DNA of 64,000 nt from Rhina ancylostomus (GCA_030265395.1 JARFYF010000094.1:33749836-33813835), one strand, 5' to 3'. Positions 11,961 through 26,908 are shown, numbered from the stretch's first letter. Numbers and translations: made by a program. Notes: generated by a model not told the origin, from the letters alone.

Positions 11961-14900
11961 AATTGAGACTTTGAACAAAACAATCCTTTGAACAAAATAA
12001 TCAGAACATTCATGGATCTGCACCACACAATTTACCTTTAGGAGATTTTTATGGTAGATATTATATGGGTGTCATTGCAATGGCTCATTTGTAAAAGTTA
12101 CCAAACAGAAAGATACCATATGTAATGAGCTGCTCACCTTAGCCAGTAACTTTGACTGTAACGTCTCTATACCCTGGAGGTTAAAGTTATCCTGGGCTCC
12201 TTGCTCTTGATTATTCTCACTCATGCAGTAAAATGCCTGAATTGTACATGTAAATATTGAATTTCCTTTGGATAATACTCAGAATTCAACAACAAATTAT
12301 GCTATAGGCCACTTTAACTGAGTAGTTGAGACCTACTGATGCTGCTCATCTTTAATCTTGCAAGTCACTCTTTCTGGGAAAGAAGGGAGAAACTGGATAT
12401 TCTTTGGCCCTTCCAGGTAAAGTGATAGAAGTATTCATGATTATTTTCATCTGAACTATTTTAACATGTTTTAAAACATTTAATGTAGCAGTAGCTTGGT
12501 TACTTTTTATGACACAATATTGTTTCTAATTCCTTCCAATTCCAATTAACTAGACATTTAAAATATGCCATTTATCCATAAAGAACATCCCACCAGTTAA
12601 AATGACAATTCAGAGAACAAGGACATCATTAATTTTACAATAGATAAATACAGGTTAATTAATATTACACTGCCCACTGACATATTTATCAGTTGCCCTA
12701 GTTAATTTGTTACCCAAATGCAAAAAAAATCCCTAGACTTCTTTCAAAGAGCCTTGCACATACATTTCTGAATTGCTTTTTTCTTGTTTTTCTTTTATAG
12801 AAGGCTATTCCTCAAAGTGAACCTTTATTTTTCAGATTTTTTTCTTGCCACATACATATTGCATTATCAAGGTCCAAAAAGTTCTTCAAATACTTTGGTT
12901 TGACACAAGTTTTTATCGCCGAAGATGTGTGTCAAAATAGAAAGACTTAGAAATTATTTTAGAGATGCATCTTCAAATTGATTTGCATTTTTAACTGAAC
13001 AATTTAAGCAGAACATAAGCATGTAGGGAGGAAGAACTCAAACAGTTAACAGAAACTAATCAGATTATAGTGGTTTCAGGTATGTCCTATTTTTGGTTTA
13101 ATGGAATGTGATCATTTGCAGTTTCAAAAGCTGGTGACAAACTTCTAACTACATCTAGTATTCATGAAATGACAGCACAAAAGTGCTTTATTACACCAAA
13201 CATGGGCACAACCTAAACAATTTATGAAAAATATATGTCCTATTCAAATGCAAAATCTACAACAATGATATTCATGAGAGCTCACACACTGGACCCACAA
13301 TTCTGAAAATGGTTAGAATCTCAGCTTCTTAAAAAAATCATAGCAAGTTTACCCAGTTTGCAAGAGGCATGTGCAGAAATATAGAAAGTAATACAGACCC
13401 GAAATGAAACAAACCACAGAAAGTTCACATTGTGAAGTTTATTCGCAGTACAAAAGGAAAAATATTCAAAGAAAATAGAGGAAATTGAACAGCATACTTT
13501 TACTTCAAGTAAGTAATATTCCTTTTATGGTCTAACCAAACATTCTTTACATGCCATTGGTACATTGCACTAAAAAATAATCAAGTAATTTAATTTTTGT
13601 ATTTCTTAGGTTGAACAATAAAATAGTGAAGCCCTTTATCACCTGTGTGATAATGCTGAACAAAGCATACCAAGCACCATCAGACACAGTTCTAATGTGT
13701 TACTAAAATTAAACATCTTATCTATTCCATTGTTTTCAATCCTACACATACAGTAAAAGCAAGTCCTTCATAATTTCCCTGACACTCAAATCTTACTTAA
13801 AATCACAATGCATTTCTAACATGGGTATAATAGCTTACACATTAAACTGTTAGAAAGAATGAGCTTAGCAGATAATGAGAAACATTTAATGGATCAGTCA
13901 ATACAGCGGTTATTCATTTTCTTCATTTTGGTACACAATTTCATACACATACCTTTTATGTTTCAACACTTCCACTTTCTTAATTTGCAAACATAAGAAT
14001 TGTTCCTGAATAAGAATTGCTCAGTAAAAAGCATGCACATCATTCACACACTTAAAAACTCTTAAACGTTGAATCTTCAGAGACTCTAAATGACCTCTGA
14101 AGTTTACTGGTCTGCTATTAATACAATGCTAAACAAGAAGTTCTGTTATTTGAACAATGGACTGAAACATAGCAATACAAAGCAAAGATTGTTCCAAAGC
14201 ATGGTGTTCACTGACTGCAGGTTATCTGGTTTTATGTTTTAATCTGCAAATCATAAGTGGAAAAATGTGAAGTATGAACAAAACTAAAAGGACATCTCGC
14301 AAAAAAACTATCTACGTTAAGTGTTTTTCTAATCAGTGTGGCAACCTTCGGAAATGTGACATCAGAACATTGAGGTACAATGTAACACATTGAGAATTCT
14401 ACTCAAAATGGAATGTAAGTTTTATGAGCTTTATTAGACTTTCAAAGTGAAAACATGTATTCAGTAATAACTGAGCATGATGCAATCGGTTCCTGAACAA
14501 ATCTGTTAAATGTGGGGAATGACAAAGCATGCTGGACCACTTGATCTCAGACCTCATTCCCCTTCCTTAAAAATCATTTCCACATTGCAGTTTCCATCAG
14601 ACTGTTGCAGCAGATGTTGGCTCTTAAACTCCACAGACGACACAGTTCACAACTTCACTGAGACGACTGTGAACCACATCTGTAGCTGATGAGACTGGGA
14701 GTGCAGAAGTGTGGCAGGCACACAGGCAGCCTGGACAAAATATTGTTTTTCACTCTACCCTACACAGGATCACTTTATGCAAACTTCTACTGTTAATCCA
14801 CCCTGTCTCTGCCATTTAGAAGCAGCCCGTCAAAGTAACTTCCTCAATACAACTTGAGCTCTGTGCATGCATAGGACAGAAAATGAGAGCATCCAGGAAG

Positions 14901-17900
14901 CAGTGTGTTTGCTCTGAAAAATCAAGCTGTGGCAGTATTTCACAAACCACAACACCTCTACTAACTCCTCATTAACTGGGCTACATTCCAAATTCATTTG
15001 CAGCCCCTAGAGAAAGCAGCTTCTTGTATTTATTAAAATGACAAAACAGAACAGATTTACATATGCAAAACACAGAAGCAACAGGCATTCCCCCCAATTG
15101 ACCTACAGCATGTAGTAGCTGTTGGGGCAGCATTGATATTCCCTCACAGATTCTGTAAAAAGTCAGAGGCATAAGAATACCATCTGGGTACCACTTATTT
15201 AAATCTGGCACCTTTCCTGCAGCAGGCTGGAGTGGCAATGTGGAGAAATAAACTGCATCATTTACTTAAGATCCACCTACTATTGTGCTTGTAAAACACA
15301 AATACGCAATCAGTTTCATTATTTCTATTGTGTCATCCAAGTAACCTTTTGGAAATTGGAACATAAACAGCAATATAACATGACAATGGATTCACAGTAA
15401 AGTAATAGCAGTGATTTCATTCTAACCAGGTCATTCATTTGTGAAAGACACAGACTTTTTGCAGACCACCATGACTTCACATCCTTCTTAAAACCAATAC
15501 TTATTTTGAAGTGGGTTTCACTGGGCCTAACATTCTCAAGAGCATCAAGTCAGAGGCCATTGTTGGTATCTATAACATCCTTTGTATTGGGCACACACAC
15601 ATTTACGCAAATGAACCACAATGTGTCACATCCTTATCAAGATATGAATCCTCAAATTCATAATAAATAACTGAATCTGAAGGGGTTTTTTTTAGGTACA
15701 GAAGGAATATTTCTGCTCCATTTTCCAATTCAAAACAAAATCTTATTACAGTGTAAACAAAAGTCAGCAAAATATATTCATTCAGTTAATACATTTTCAG
15801 ATGTAGTCTGCACAACTTGAAAGAGGAGCACTGCATTTCAGGTTGCTGCAGGGTCAGTGATACACAAGTATGAGTGCCACATCTGCTGCATACTGCACAG
15901 AGCTCTGTGTTCTAACAACACACAGTAGGTAGTGCCTGAATGATTGCAGTCTTTTGGTGACATGCTGGAGAAAGGGCACCAAAACACCTTCAAAGCTTGT
16001 TCTTCTGACTTATATCCTATTTACACTGTCGATCTGACAGAACCAACCTCATATCCACAATAGTATATTTTTGATATTGAGCATAAATTCTTCAAATTCT
16101 TGGTTTCAAAGTCACCTCATTCAGGAGTAGGTTTCATGCCAACAACGATTCAGAGGCAGTACAGTGTGAACTCTAAATGAATTTCAAGCTGACAGTTACA
16201 TTTGATGAACCTCCACCTTCAGTGAATCGTCACACTGGAGGGACAGACTAACAGAGCCATTATCTGTGCACATACGGTCACAATGCTCATAGATTAATGA
16301 AGGTTGAAAAAATTCTAACATTGGAGGTTTCTAATACATATAAATGCCATTGACATTAGAAGCATCTTTCTGATACAATAGAGCAGTTATAATCAGGGTA
16401 CATTATCATGAGGAAGATGAATAAAGCTGAGTAAATGTGCTTTTACAAACAGCCTGCATCATATTTTTAAGGTAAAATTTATTTTATTATGCTTTGATAC
16501 GAGAAATATATATAATACTTTGCCTATATGAAACTGGAGAGTTGAGTATTGTAGTGTTTAAGAAACTGTCATGGAAGCTTATTCCTCATTTTGCCTGTTG
16601 GAAAGCTGTATGGCACTGCCCAATTTAAGGGTTAAACAAAACACTAACCATATGAAAATAGAGCACCAAAATGCTGTAAGTGATTTTATAAATCATCAAA
16701 CCTCTGGACACATGGAATGACTTCTGAAACCCAGAATGTGCTGAAGAGGATGAGACCAAAAGCAGAGTTTGTGACCTAAAAATTTAATCATCTAACAATG
16801 TTTTCATTATGCAATTGTAAAATCAATTTCTTTCAGGTGTTTGTGATGACATCATTCCACATGCCACTCTCATTTTGAAGTATTGGAGCATAACTCAAAC
16901 CAAGTTGTCCCTGGAGTGATCACCCCACCCAACATCACCACCCAAGGCCCAAATTATTACCCTGGAAGTTCTAACACTCCCCTGCCTATCCAACTTGACC
17001 TGACCACCCAAACCTCAGAAACCCTCCAATCTGGCCTTGTCTCCCAACTCTCTAGACTCTCAAAGACCAGGGCCTACTTTGCAATTCCAATGGCAATCTT
17101 CATCTCCAATCATAGCCATGGCCATGGCCATGGCCATTCAGCTCTTTGACATTCCTAATCTTTGGTCTGATTCTGGACCCTCCTGCCCAGTTCTAGACCA
17201 AACACTGGCAGTGATCCTGGGCTGCCCACCCAAGCCCTTGGCCTTGACTCTTTATTTCCTTGTCATGGTTCCCTCAATTTGGCTCCATTAATGCCTTGTT
17301 GTCCAGCACATGGATTCCATGCTGGACTGATTTCATAACAATACACANNNNNNNNNNNNNNNNNNNNNNNNNNNNNNNNNNNNNNNNNNNNNNNNNNNNN
17401 NNNNNNNNNNNNNNNNNNNNNNNNNNNNNNNNNNNNNNNNNNNNNNNNNNNNNNNNNNNNNNNNNNNNNNNNNNNNNNNNNNNNNNNNNNNNNNNNNNNN
17501 NNNNNNNNNNNNNNNNNNNNNNNNNNNNNNNNNNNNNNNNNNNNNNNNNNNNNNNNNNNNNNNNNNNNNNNNNNNNNNNNNNNNNNNNNNNNNNNNNNNN
17601 NNNNNNNNNNNNNNNNNNNNNNNNNNNNNNNNNNNNNNNNNNNNNNNNNNNNNNNNNNNNNNNNNNNNNNNNNNNNNNNNNNNNNNNNNNNNNNNNNNNN
17701 NNNNNNNNNNNNNNNNNNNNNNNNNNNNNNNNNNNNNNNNNNNNNNNNNNNNNNNNNNNNNNNNNNNNNNNNNNNNNNNNNNNNNNNNNNNNNNNNNNNN
17801 NNNNNNNNNNNNNNNNNNNNNNNNNNNNNNNNNNNNNNNNNNNNNNNNNNNNNNNNNNNNNNNNNNNNNNNNNNNNNNNNNNNNNNNNNNNNNNNNNNNN

Positions 17901-18130
17901 NNNNNNNNNNNNNNNNNNNNNNNNNNNNNNNNNNNNNNNNNNNNNNNNNNNNNNNNNNNNNNNNNNNNNNNNNNNNNNNNNNNNNNNNNNNNNNNNNNNN
18001 NNNNNNNNNNNNNNNNNNNNNNNNNNNNNNNNNNNNNNNNNNNNNNNNNNNNNNNNNNNNNNNNNNNNNNNNNNNNNNNNNNNNNNNNNNNNNNNNNNNN
18101 NNNNNNNNNNNNNNNNNNNNNNNNNNNNNN

Positions 18131-18288
18131 AAGCAGATATGATAGGGTCTTGTAAGAGACTTTTGGATAGGTACATTGAGCTTAGTAAAATAGAGGGCTA
18201 TAGAAAGTTCGAAGGTAGAGACTCGTTCGGCACAACTTTGTGGGCCGAAGGGCCTGTATCACGCTGTAGGTTTTCTATATTTCTATAT
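18131..18288 (+). mobile_element. HER1/CR1 LINE 3' end (5' part lost in the large N gap)
   Basis: Contains the HER1/HE1-type tail ggcacaactttgtgggccgaagggcctgtatcacgctgtaggttttctatatttctata. Confidence 0.75.
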
Positions 18289-19026
18289 CCTAAATCCATT
18301 TGCCTTGAACCTCTGGCCTAATTCCTGGCCAGCACATTTCTGTTTCTGAAAATATGTGTGATACTTACTGTTCTGCATAAAGCCTACCAATGTATGCATC
18401 AGGGGTCCATAGATTAACTGCCACAGGTATTTCTGCATCCACCACACCCTTTAGGTTGCACTAGAATTTCTAGGTCTATTGGTAGCTCTAAGATGGTAAT
18501 TGTTAACCAATTTTGAGATAGAAGATCTTGAACTGATGCCTAGCTTAACAGGCAACACTACATCAGCTGGAGGCAAGGTGCCAGCAGCTGCCATCTTATG
18601 CCCATCAAACCAGGTCCATTCACAAGTAAAACAGAGTACACTTAAAGAGCGAAAGGAAACATACCTAGAGACTGAAACTGCAATAACTGCTCTAAATCAA
18701 AGCAATGTGTTTTTTTTCCAGAAAAATGGGGTAGGTGGAAAATAATGAATATAAAATTAACTGCTGTCTCCCACACCAGTTAAGTTGCCAGGCTTTATTG
18801 ACAGGAAGGTTACTCAATATTCACCACTCTGGCTGGCAATAACAATCTGAGTACCTTCTATTGTCTTCATTCCTTCCAAACTGCAAATGGTTGAATACAA
18901 CACAAGAATCTGTAGAAAAAAATCTCTATTATAACTCAGTTTAACTTAGAATAATAAATATCCCCAACATATTTGATTGGCAGTTTATACCTAGTCATAT
19001 AGACAAACTGCAAAGGATTTACTCAC

Positions 19027-19221
19027 AAATGGTTTCAGTGACCAAGGGCTTTGAGGGAACAAAAGGAGGTAAAATTAGCTTGGATCATATTCCAGATAAT
19101 TTCTGATTCCTGCTGGAATACAACTGTGAAGATGTGAACAGAATCAAGGTACTTAATGCTTATCATGGATGAAGCATTAGGGAGTTGCCAGAACCAATGA
19201 AATACATCCCAGCAAGATTCA
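19027..19221 (-). other. Candidate 195-nt internal non-coding (5'-UTR-like) exon
   Basis: The minus-strand acceptor is strong (tttatttttatttttcttccctctactgaatgcAG|) and the donor is |GTgagt (19026-19021). All three frames contain a stop. Confidence 0.5.
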
Positions 19222-21566
19222 CTGCATTCAGTAGAGGGAAGAAAAATAAAAATAAAGTAATTGGAAATATTTTTTCAGTTGATCAGTTTTCAATATTCTT
19301 TTCAAATTTAAAAACTCACGTAGATTCTTGAAACACATTGAATGCATCTGTATTGGCACAATATTACACTTACTCCAAGGCAAAAGTCCTCCTTATTTCT
19401 TTAGATCTTTGGATTATGAATACTGACATTCAACTTCCAGTTATCTCTAAGACCAGGGCAGCTCGTAAGTAAGTCTNNNNNNNNNNACATAAATTTATGC
19501 TTATTATAATTGTTTCAGCAGCATGAAATAGCTTGTCATTACCAACCAGATGCAAGAGATATCCCACTACCTCATTTTGAAATGTTCAGTGGAATTGGTA
19601 TTACCGGAGAAGAGAGAGAAGGATGATGAAAATATCAACATGGTTTTAAATGAAGGACCTGATGATGTAACGTGTGAATCTACTAAATAATGAAACACAT
19701 GCTCTCCACTTTGGTATGCTTATACAAAGTTTCTTAAGTAAGGCATGTTTCGAAGTGAGACATAATTCGACTATGAGGCAGGAAATATTTCATTTTAACT
19801 TGTTTTTATTACTCAAAACACAGCAGTATAAGTCAATAGATATTGTGTAACTTTCTGCTGCTAGTTCAAAAGCAACATTTCTAGAGATCCGAGAAGAAAT
19901 TGCTTACCCCAGCCATTCTTATTTCTTGGCAAGGGACTGGCAAATAACCAAAACTGGGAACTAAAGAATGGAAGCAAAGTAACAAAGAGCAAAAATTCTC
20001 TCTCTTTACTGTCTGTTCGTATTTTCTATCAAACATTTATGCCTTCAATTTTAAAATGTATAATTTCAGCTTAAGAGAGCCTTGTATTGCATTATTTCAT
20101 ACCCATACCCAGGATATAAAAAAGTGACAAAAAGGGTTATTTGTGTCATTAAATAACACATTCAGTTGACTCCCATATTACGACGGTTGGGGTAACAGAA
20201 TTTGCCCTTACGGAATTCACAAGTCACCACCAAAAATAAATCGGAATGGAATAAAAATTTCTTCTTATGGAATTTATCTAAAAATTGTAAATGTACAAGA
20301 TTTTTTTCAAAAAGCATTTCTTGATGCATGCATAGATGACGCCACTTCACATTACAGAAAAATCGCAATACAGATCATTTTCAAGGAACACGATAGAGAA
20401 AGACAGCTTCCATTTTAACATCAGTAAGGAAAGTAGAAAAGAAAGTAGAATTGCACCATAATTGGACTTGTTTCTGAGACTGCATCTGAAAGTTCTCTTA
20501 AGTACATTGCCAAGTCTTCAATAGCATGGGATATATTTCAATAATCCTTTTCAAATACAATCATGTCAAGCCAAGATTTGTACCTAAATCAAAATCTAAG
20601 TAAATTACTAATACTAATTATACTGGAATTCTGACGGACTACAATTTCTTTCAAGAAATTATTTAAGGGGTCCTCTGGGCTAACAATGTAAGGAAAGATC
20701 TACAGTGACAAAAATCTGCATGCTCCAGCATCCCCAATCAAAAGTGACAACAAAACTGTGATATTAGCTGAGGATCATGCAGTCAGAGCAACTGGTACTT
20801 GTCCATCACCGCAGCAGAGAACTTAATTCTGCTGTTGTTTCTGTTTGGCTGAGGGTACACAAATCAATAAGCATGGCTTCTCAGCAAAGGCTGTGAATGT
20901 TCAACACTAGAACACCCTTGGAAATGTGACTGCTTTTGTTTTAGCGACGAAAGACTATCAGCATGCCTGAGGAATAAACAAGCAGCCTTGCTGTGAGAAG
21001 CCCAAGCATCCACTACTTGAAAGTCTGAATTTGAAGATTAATTTTTTTTAAGAAATTATTCCTTTTTTCATACTATTTGTTTCAATCTGCCTTGTTTCCA
21101 GTTTCTCCATTTTATTCCACTTTTTCTCCCTTTAATATTTTATTACATTTCACTTCAATCTAGGAAAGATAACATCACTCATGTTGAACAACAGAATGAT
21201 TAAGTTCATTTTTTTCTTAATTCTTCTTCACTGCATGCATAAAAGCAGATAGGTTTTCTTGAAACATGACTGTATGGCTGTGTATAGTGACAACTTCATA
21301 GTCAGAGTGGAAATGATTGGATAATTCCCTTGTTAATGAAGATCGGTGAACATAAAGCTGCAAGTGACTGAGATCGATTTTAAGTGTATAATTTACACGT
21401 AACTATCTTCTGCTCACTTTTTTTCTGCAGAAGTGACCCTGCTTTTATTATAAATTCCTATAGTTTCTGTTTATCCCTTTCTTCAAATGGTTTCACTTTT
21501 TTAAGTAAATTGACTTTGCTGTGCCATGGGCTGCAGTCAATCATACATCCCACCCCACCTCCAATT

Positions 21567-21870
21567 AGAGTCATATAACACAGAAACAGACCCTTTGGCC
21601 CAACTGGTCCATGTTGACCAAGCTAGTCCCAGTTGTCCGTGTTTGGCCCGTGTCTCTCTAAACCTTTGACATCAATATAGCTGTCCAAGTACCTTTTAAA
21701 TGTTGTTAATTTACCTGCCTCAACCACTTCCTCTGGCAGCTCGTTCCATATACTGGCCACCCTCTAGGTGAACAAGTTGCCGCTCAGGGTGCCTTTGAAA
21801 ACTCTCCCCTCTCACCTTAAACCTATGTCCTCTAGTCCTTGGGCAATCAACCTTGGGAAAAAGACTGTGT
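21567..21870 (-). mobile_element. HER1/CR1 LINE 3' end
   Basis: Reverse complement of the standard tail (acagaaacagaccctttggcccaac..cctcaaccacttcctctggcagctcgttcca..tctcccctctcaccttaaacctatg). Confidence 0.8.
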
Positions 21871-23164
21871 GCAGTTGTTTTTCTCTCACACGTTCAGTTC
21901 CATTCACCTCAGTGGATATGGGAGAGGTTGAGCACAATCAGCAGCTGATATAGGTTAGGCATCAGTGAGCAAAGGTAGATTTCTTTGATTCATACGTAAA
22001 GAGCAGTANNNNNNNNNNNNNNNNNNNNNNNNNNNNNNNNNNNNNNNNNNNNNNNNNNNNNNNNNNNNNNNNNNNNNNNNNNNNNNNNNNNNNNNNNNNN
22101 NNNNNNNNGTGTGCATTCACCCTATCTTAGGCCACCTCATTGGTTGATGTTCTGTTTGAAATAAGTAATTAGAGTAATCCATGGCAGAATGACCAATTTG
22201 AACGCTGGAATCTACTGACACTGCTGATCTGCTAACCAGAGTACTTAATGGGCAAGGCATGTAAAAATTATACATTGCTGCAATGCAACATCTAATGTGT
22301 TTCACTACACTTCCTAGTAAACTGTGGAAAACTATTGTTCTTAGAAGACCCTGAATTGGTCCTAACTAATAATGATGACAAGTCACCTTGCAAAAAACAG
22401 CATATGTGATAAAATAATTCACATCACAAATATCCACCAATGCATGAAACCCAACAGAAAGATTTCCAAAGTTGTTAAAAGTGATACTTAATAGTACTTA
22501 ACAAGAGCCATGTGTTAGCAATGTGGAAATTTTACCTTGTAATACATATAAAATAGCAATTGAATACTTACTTTGTATCAGAAATGACTTACAAACTCAG
22601 GTTTATAATGCCTTTATGAATATGTTACTTTGTACAGTTAAGCAGATCTTTCAACCTTAGATATGTTTAGTGAAGATGAAAATTCAGACAAGACCTTAAA
22701 TTGTCAGGTACAACCAAACTCCCGAGGATGTGAGACGAAAGAATATTCTCTTTATGTCTGCAAAGGGATGAAACATTGCAAATCTTTCAATTATTGTGTC
22801 TGATATAAAGTACAGGAATAAGCAAAATAAAGTAATTTTATGTTTAGTAATAAATGCAAGTGATTGTTAAAAATAATGAATAGGAAACTGTATGCAAGTA
22901 CTGAGAAAATGAAGGATACAAGTATTTCCAAACTTCCAGTAGTATCAGCCAATTTTCTACTCAGTTCAGAGCTAGTAAGTTAGGCACATCATTATGTTCA
23001 GAGAGTTTTTATGGTTCCACAATTTATACTTAGAGCATTGGTTATAATTTACTTTAAATCATATCCAATGCTAGTAGTATAACATTAGCAGGTATGGTTA
23101 ATTTTAACAGTTCTTTTGATCCTTTGTACACACCAATTCACAATACAATCTTATATATAATGTT

Positions 23165-23535
23165 ATGAAATGGAAGGAGCTCATTTGCCCATCATGTCAA
23201 TGCCAGCTTGCAGATTATTTGCAACAGTCCCATTCCTCAATTATTTCCTTGTAACCTCTTCCCTTCCACATGCCCATCAACTCCCTGCAACCCCACGTGC
23301 CACCCCCCCCCCATTCTCCCGCCACCCAACTTCACTAGTAGTAATTTACAGTTCCCAATTAACCTACCAACCAGCATGCCTTTATGATATGGGAGGAAAA
23401 CAGAGCACCTAGAGAAAACCAAGTGGTTACAGGGAGAATGTGCAGACTTCATACAGTCATAAGGTTGGGACTGAAACCAGATCACTGGAACTGTGTGGCA
23501 GCAGCACCAACAACTCTATGCCACTGTGCCACCCA
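23165..23535 (-). mobile_element. HE1-like tRNA-derived (V-)SINE, near full length
   Basis: Shows a reverse tRNA-like head (gggtggcacagtggca..ccagtgatctggtttcagtcc), a V-domain-like core (ttctccctgtaacc..tttcctcccata..ggtaggttaattgg..tgtaaatt) and a HER1-like tail. Confidence 0.8.
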
Positions 23536-26500
23536 ATCTAGCGTATTTATGAAATATTACATAACCGCAGTGAACACCTGCAGAATTGTAGCTGATAACT
23601 TTTTGATCGATGGAACATATGTTTTAGGTATCTAGGAAGTGCTTTCAGTAAATGGAGCATTTTCCCATGACAGATTTATTTCAGCAATCCCTTTCCCAAT
23701 TTATGCAAGATTCTAATTCATCACTGTCTTCAAGGTCAATTTAGACTTCTCTATTCCTTCCACTATAGCATCTTATATGCAAACTGTTACATAATGAACT
23801 TTTTAAATAATTTGCCACAAGTTATATGCATTAACACCTGCTTAATCTCCAAAACATTTTATGTCTGGTAAAAATTAGTGATTACTCCATTAACACTTAA
23901 TTGCATAATAATTCATAATTAAAGTATGCATAAAGTAATCACCACAACCCCACCTTCCACCCCCACCATTACTAGTTGATAGATTCAATAGTATCTACTC
24001 CATTTGATACCTTTCATTTTCAACATCCTCCTTATTAATCCTTTTCTTTCCTAACTTCCTATCTTTCAGTGAATCTAAGTTATTCTATTACAACTTGGTA
24101 TTGCGAGGCCCAGTCGAGGTTATTTAATGGGATATTCCAAAGCTAAGTGAATCTTAAACAGTGAGCAATAAACACAAATTAAATTGCCATTTCTACATTT
24201 AACAGGACACCCTCTTAAAAGTTTTTTAAAAAAGGGCAATTTACTATGTGCACTCAAAAGTTTTGCATATAACATTCACAATGCTACACCTCTGTGAAGC
24301 CTACAATTATGTTGCTCACTGCGAGCAACTGACAATTCCCTTCAACAGATACAGCAGTACCGTTTTAAAGGCTTTTTTCCCACCTTTTCAAGTACAACTT
24401 CAAATAATTGCAGCCAGTACTTTGTTGATGTACTAACAGATCTTGTGAATCTGCCTATTTTTAGCAAAACCAAATTGCTGGACTATCAGTACATATTTTG
24501 ATTCAGTAAAGACATTTCCTGGTAGAAAAAAAACCTTGCAACTAGAAGTAGGAAATGTGATGTACTCATGCTATACAATATAGTGGTTTCAACTGAGTGA
24601 TGGCATCTCATTTGGTATACAGTAATGCTACATTTTATTATGTATGTGTAATTGGATTTGTTGTTCCAGAACTCAATACACTGTATGACTGATTATCAGG
24701 GATGATATAATCTAAAATTGCACCTTGGTTTCATTATTTATGCATCACAGTCCAAAATGCAGGTTGTCCCTTTACTGAGGTTTAAACCAATTGTGCACAT
24801 TTGTTCTGGACAGATATCTATCAGATACTCTGTTTGTTGAATTAACACACTACAACTAGCAGGGAACCACAAGAGACAATGTGGCAAAAGCTAAGACATT
24901 ACACACATGCAAGTAGCATTTTTATTAAGCTGCGCTGTCCCACAAATTGACTTTTCCAAAGGAAACATCATAATAAAAGCAACCTGCCAGCAATCTGATT
25001 TCAAATACAATCTGCGTTTAACTCATTTATGTGGGCTCCCCTGATCACTCGGTGAATTTATCCACTAAGTAACCAAGTCCTACAAATCAGTAAGGGCTCA
25101 AGCCTTCAGTCTACACTTTATTAATTTATCTCATCTGGAGAATCAATGGAACGTAACAATTGGCCTCAGTGCCTCTGGGTTAGCAAGAGGGGAAACCTAT
25201 TACCAATAGCACAGCTGACTAATGCAACTGCCCACATTTATTTGAAGGAGAGGTAAAAAAGTAGGTTCGGTGTTGCTCTATCTATCCCTTCCCAAAGGAA
25301 TACACTGCCAATAAGCTTCCACAATGTCAATGACAAACAAGCCAGCCATTCGTATCTAAAAAACTATACCCAACTAAGTGAAGAAAGAGAAATAAACTTG
25401 CAAAGAAAGTTTGCTCAGTTTTTTAAAAGCAGGATTAGTGCTTAAGAATGGAAATTATATTTATAAAGAACATCACATTCTATTTTGCTGTATGATTAAT
25501 AGGAATGAATAAAAACAATTATTTATACACATGGAGATCAAAATTCTGGGAAATCCCAAGTGCTTCCAAACCCATGTTAAACTGTGTGAACATGGGTCAT
25601 TAGTGAAAGTACATCAGTGGAGTTTGCCTCAGAACAAAATAGGAGGTCTGTTCAAATGTTCTCAAGATGTAGAGTAGCCTAAATTAATAATTCCCAGAAG
25701 GGCTATCAGAATATCTCTGAAAGGAAACCGAAGCACTCCAGGACCAATATTTATTCCCTCCTACATTTTAGAGCTTGTCAGAAAATTCATATCAAAACTA
25801 CTGTGTCGATCAGAATTTGAATCTGAAAAAAAATGATTTTGTAAGAATAAAGTAATTTTTGACAACTAGTTAATAAAATTAGTCACAATGTTCTTTTCAG
25901 GGGAAGGAACTTGCCATGACAACTGTACAAAAAGTTTGTTTCACAACCTTAAACTACAAAGAACTCACTGGTGTTAAATGGGCTTTAAAATAGTTAAGTG
26001 CATTGTTAGATTAACCACATCCATTTGTTCTATATTATAAACCTTTGAATTTTATTCGCAGCTGAATAATATTTTCAAGTAAAAAGGTGTTCTTCAAATT
26101 ACAATGGTTTTAGCAATCCTTTATAAGCACATATCCATTTTTATTCAGATGCCAATCTATTAATCAAGTTAGTTCTGACTTATGATATGTAAATGTAAAA
26201 TATTAAAGCTCATGCTACTATGCCAATGGATTTTGTCACCAGGTTACAGCATGGCTTTACCTACTGCAATGTGAAGTGCAAATGTAGGACAAGTGTAATA
26301 AAGCTTATCCAGATTCACGAAAAAAGCTGTAATGTATGTATGTTAGCTGCTTCAAAGTACCAAGGTAAAGATTCATCAGTCGTGCAATGATTTAACTACC
26401 TATTACATTGCAGCTTCAAAAGTAAAATTTGCTTCTGTTCTTTTCCATAAGGTAAGAATTTGTACCTTTTTTTCAAAAAACAGAATGTTCTAATTAATAA

Positions 26501-26861
26501 TAATTTAGTTCAAAGAAAATGCTTCTAGACTTCCAAATAAGCAGCACTGTAAACTTGCAACATCACATATACCATGTTTAGACGATAAAAAGTATCACAA
26601 AAATGCAGATTCGAACTAAAAACCAATGTATTCCTTAAGCTAACAAGGCTAGAAATTGACACTGATCTATCCGACCAAAACCATTGGTAGTTGAGAAGCA
26701 ACAATGTAGCTGTGGCCAGCTCACTGGTACAGTAATGACACTGGTAATATAATCATGAATGCCCACTACTTTGAGTTCCACCAACACACCATTATTTTTT
26801 AAGAGACTATTTTTGACTCCAAAAGATAACTACCTATAAAAGGCATGTGTATTTTCAATTC

Positions 26862-26908
26862 ACTGAATTCACAACAAAACACAGGCTGTGTTTTGTTGCG
26901 AATTCAGT
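26862..26908. repeat. 47-bp near-perfect palindrome (23-bp arms, 1 mismatch, 1-nt spacer)
   Basis: actgaattcacaacaaaacacag-g-ctgtgttttgttgcgaattcagt. Confidence 0.9.

Noticed and set aside
17111-17137. Self-complementary (GCCATG)n run encoding HGHGHGH or AMAMAMA
   Set aside because: It is a short simple repeat, and the surrounding ORFs lack splice or homology support.
17260-18321. The longest ORFs in the track (353 aa and 300 aa) and other X-containing ORFs
   Set aside because: They are artefacts of translating through N gaps.
23440-23535. tRNA-like A/B-box sequence
   Set aside because: It is the head of an HE1-like SINE, with no intact cloverleaf.
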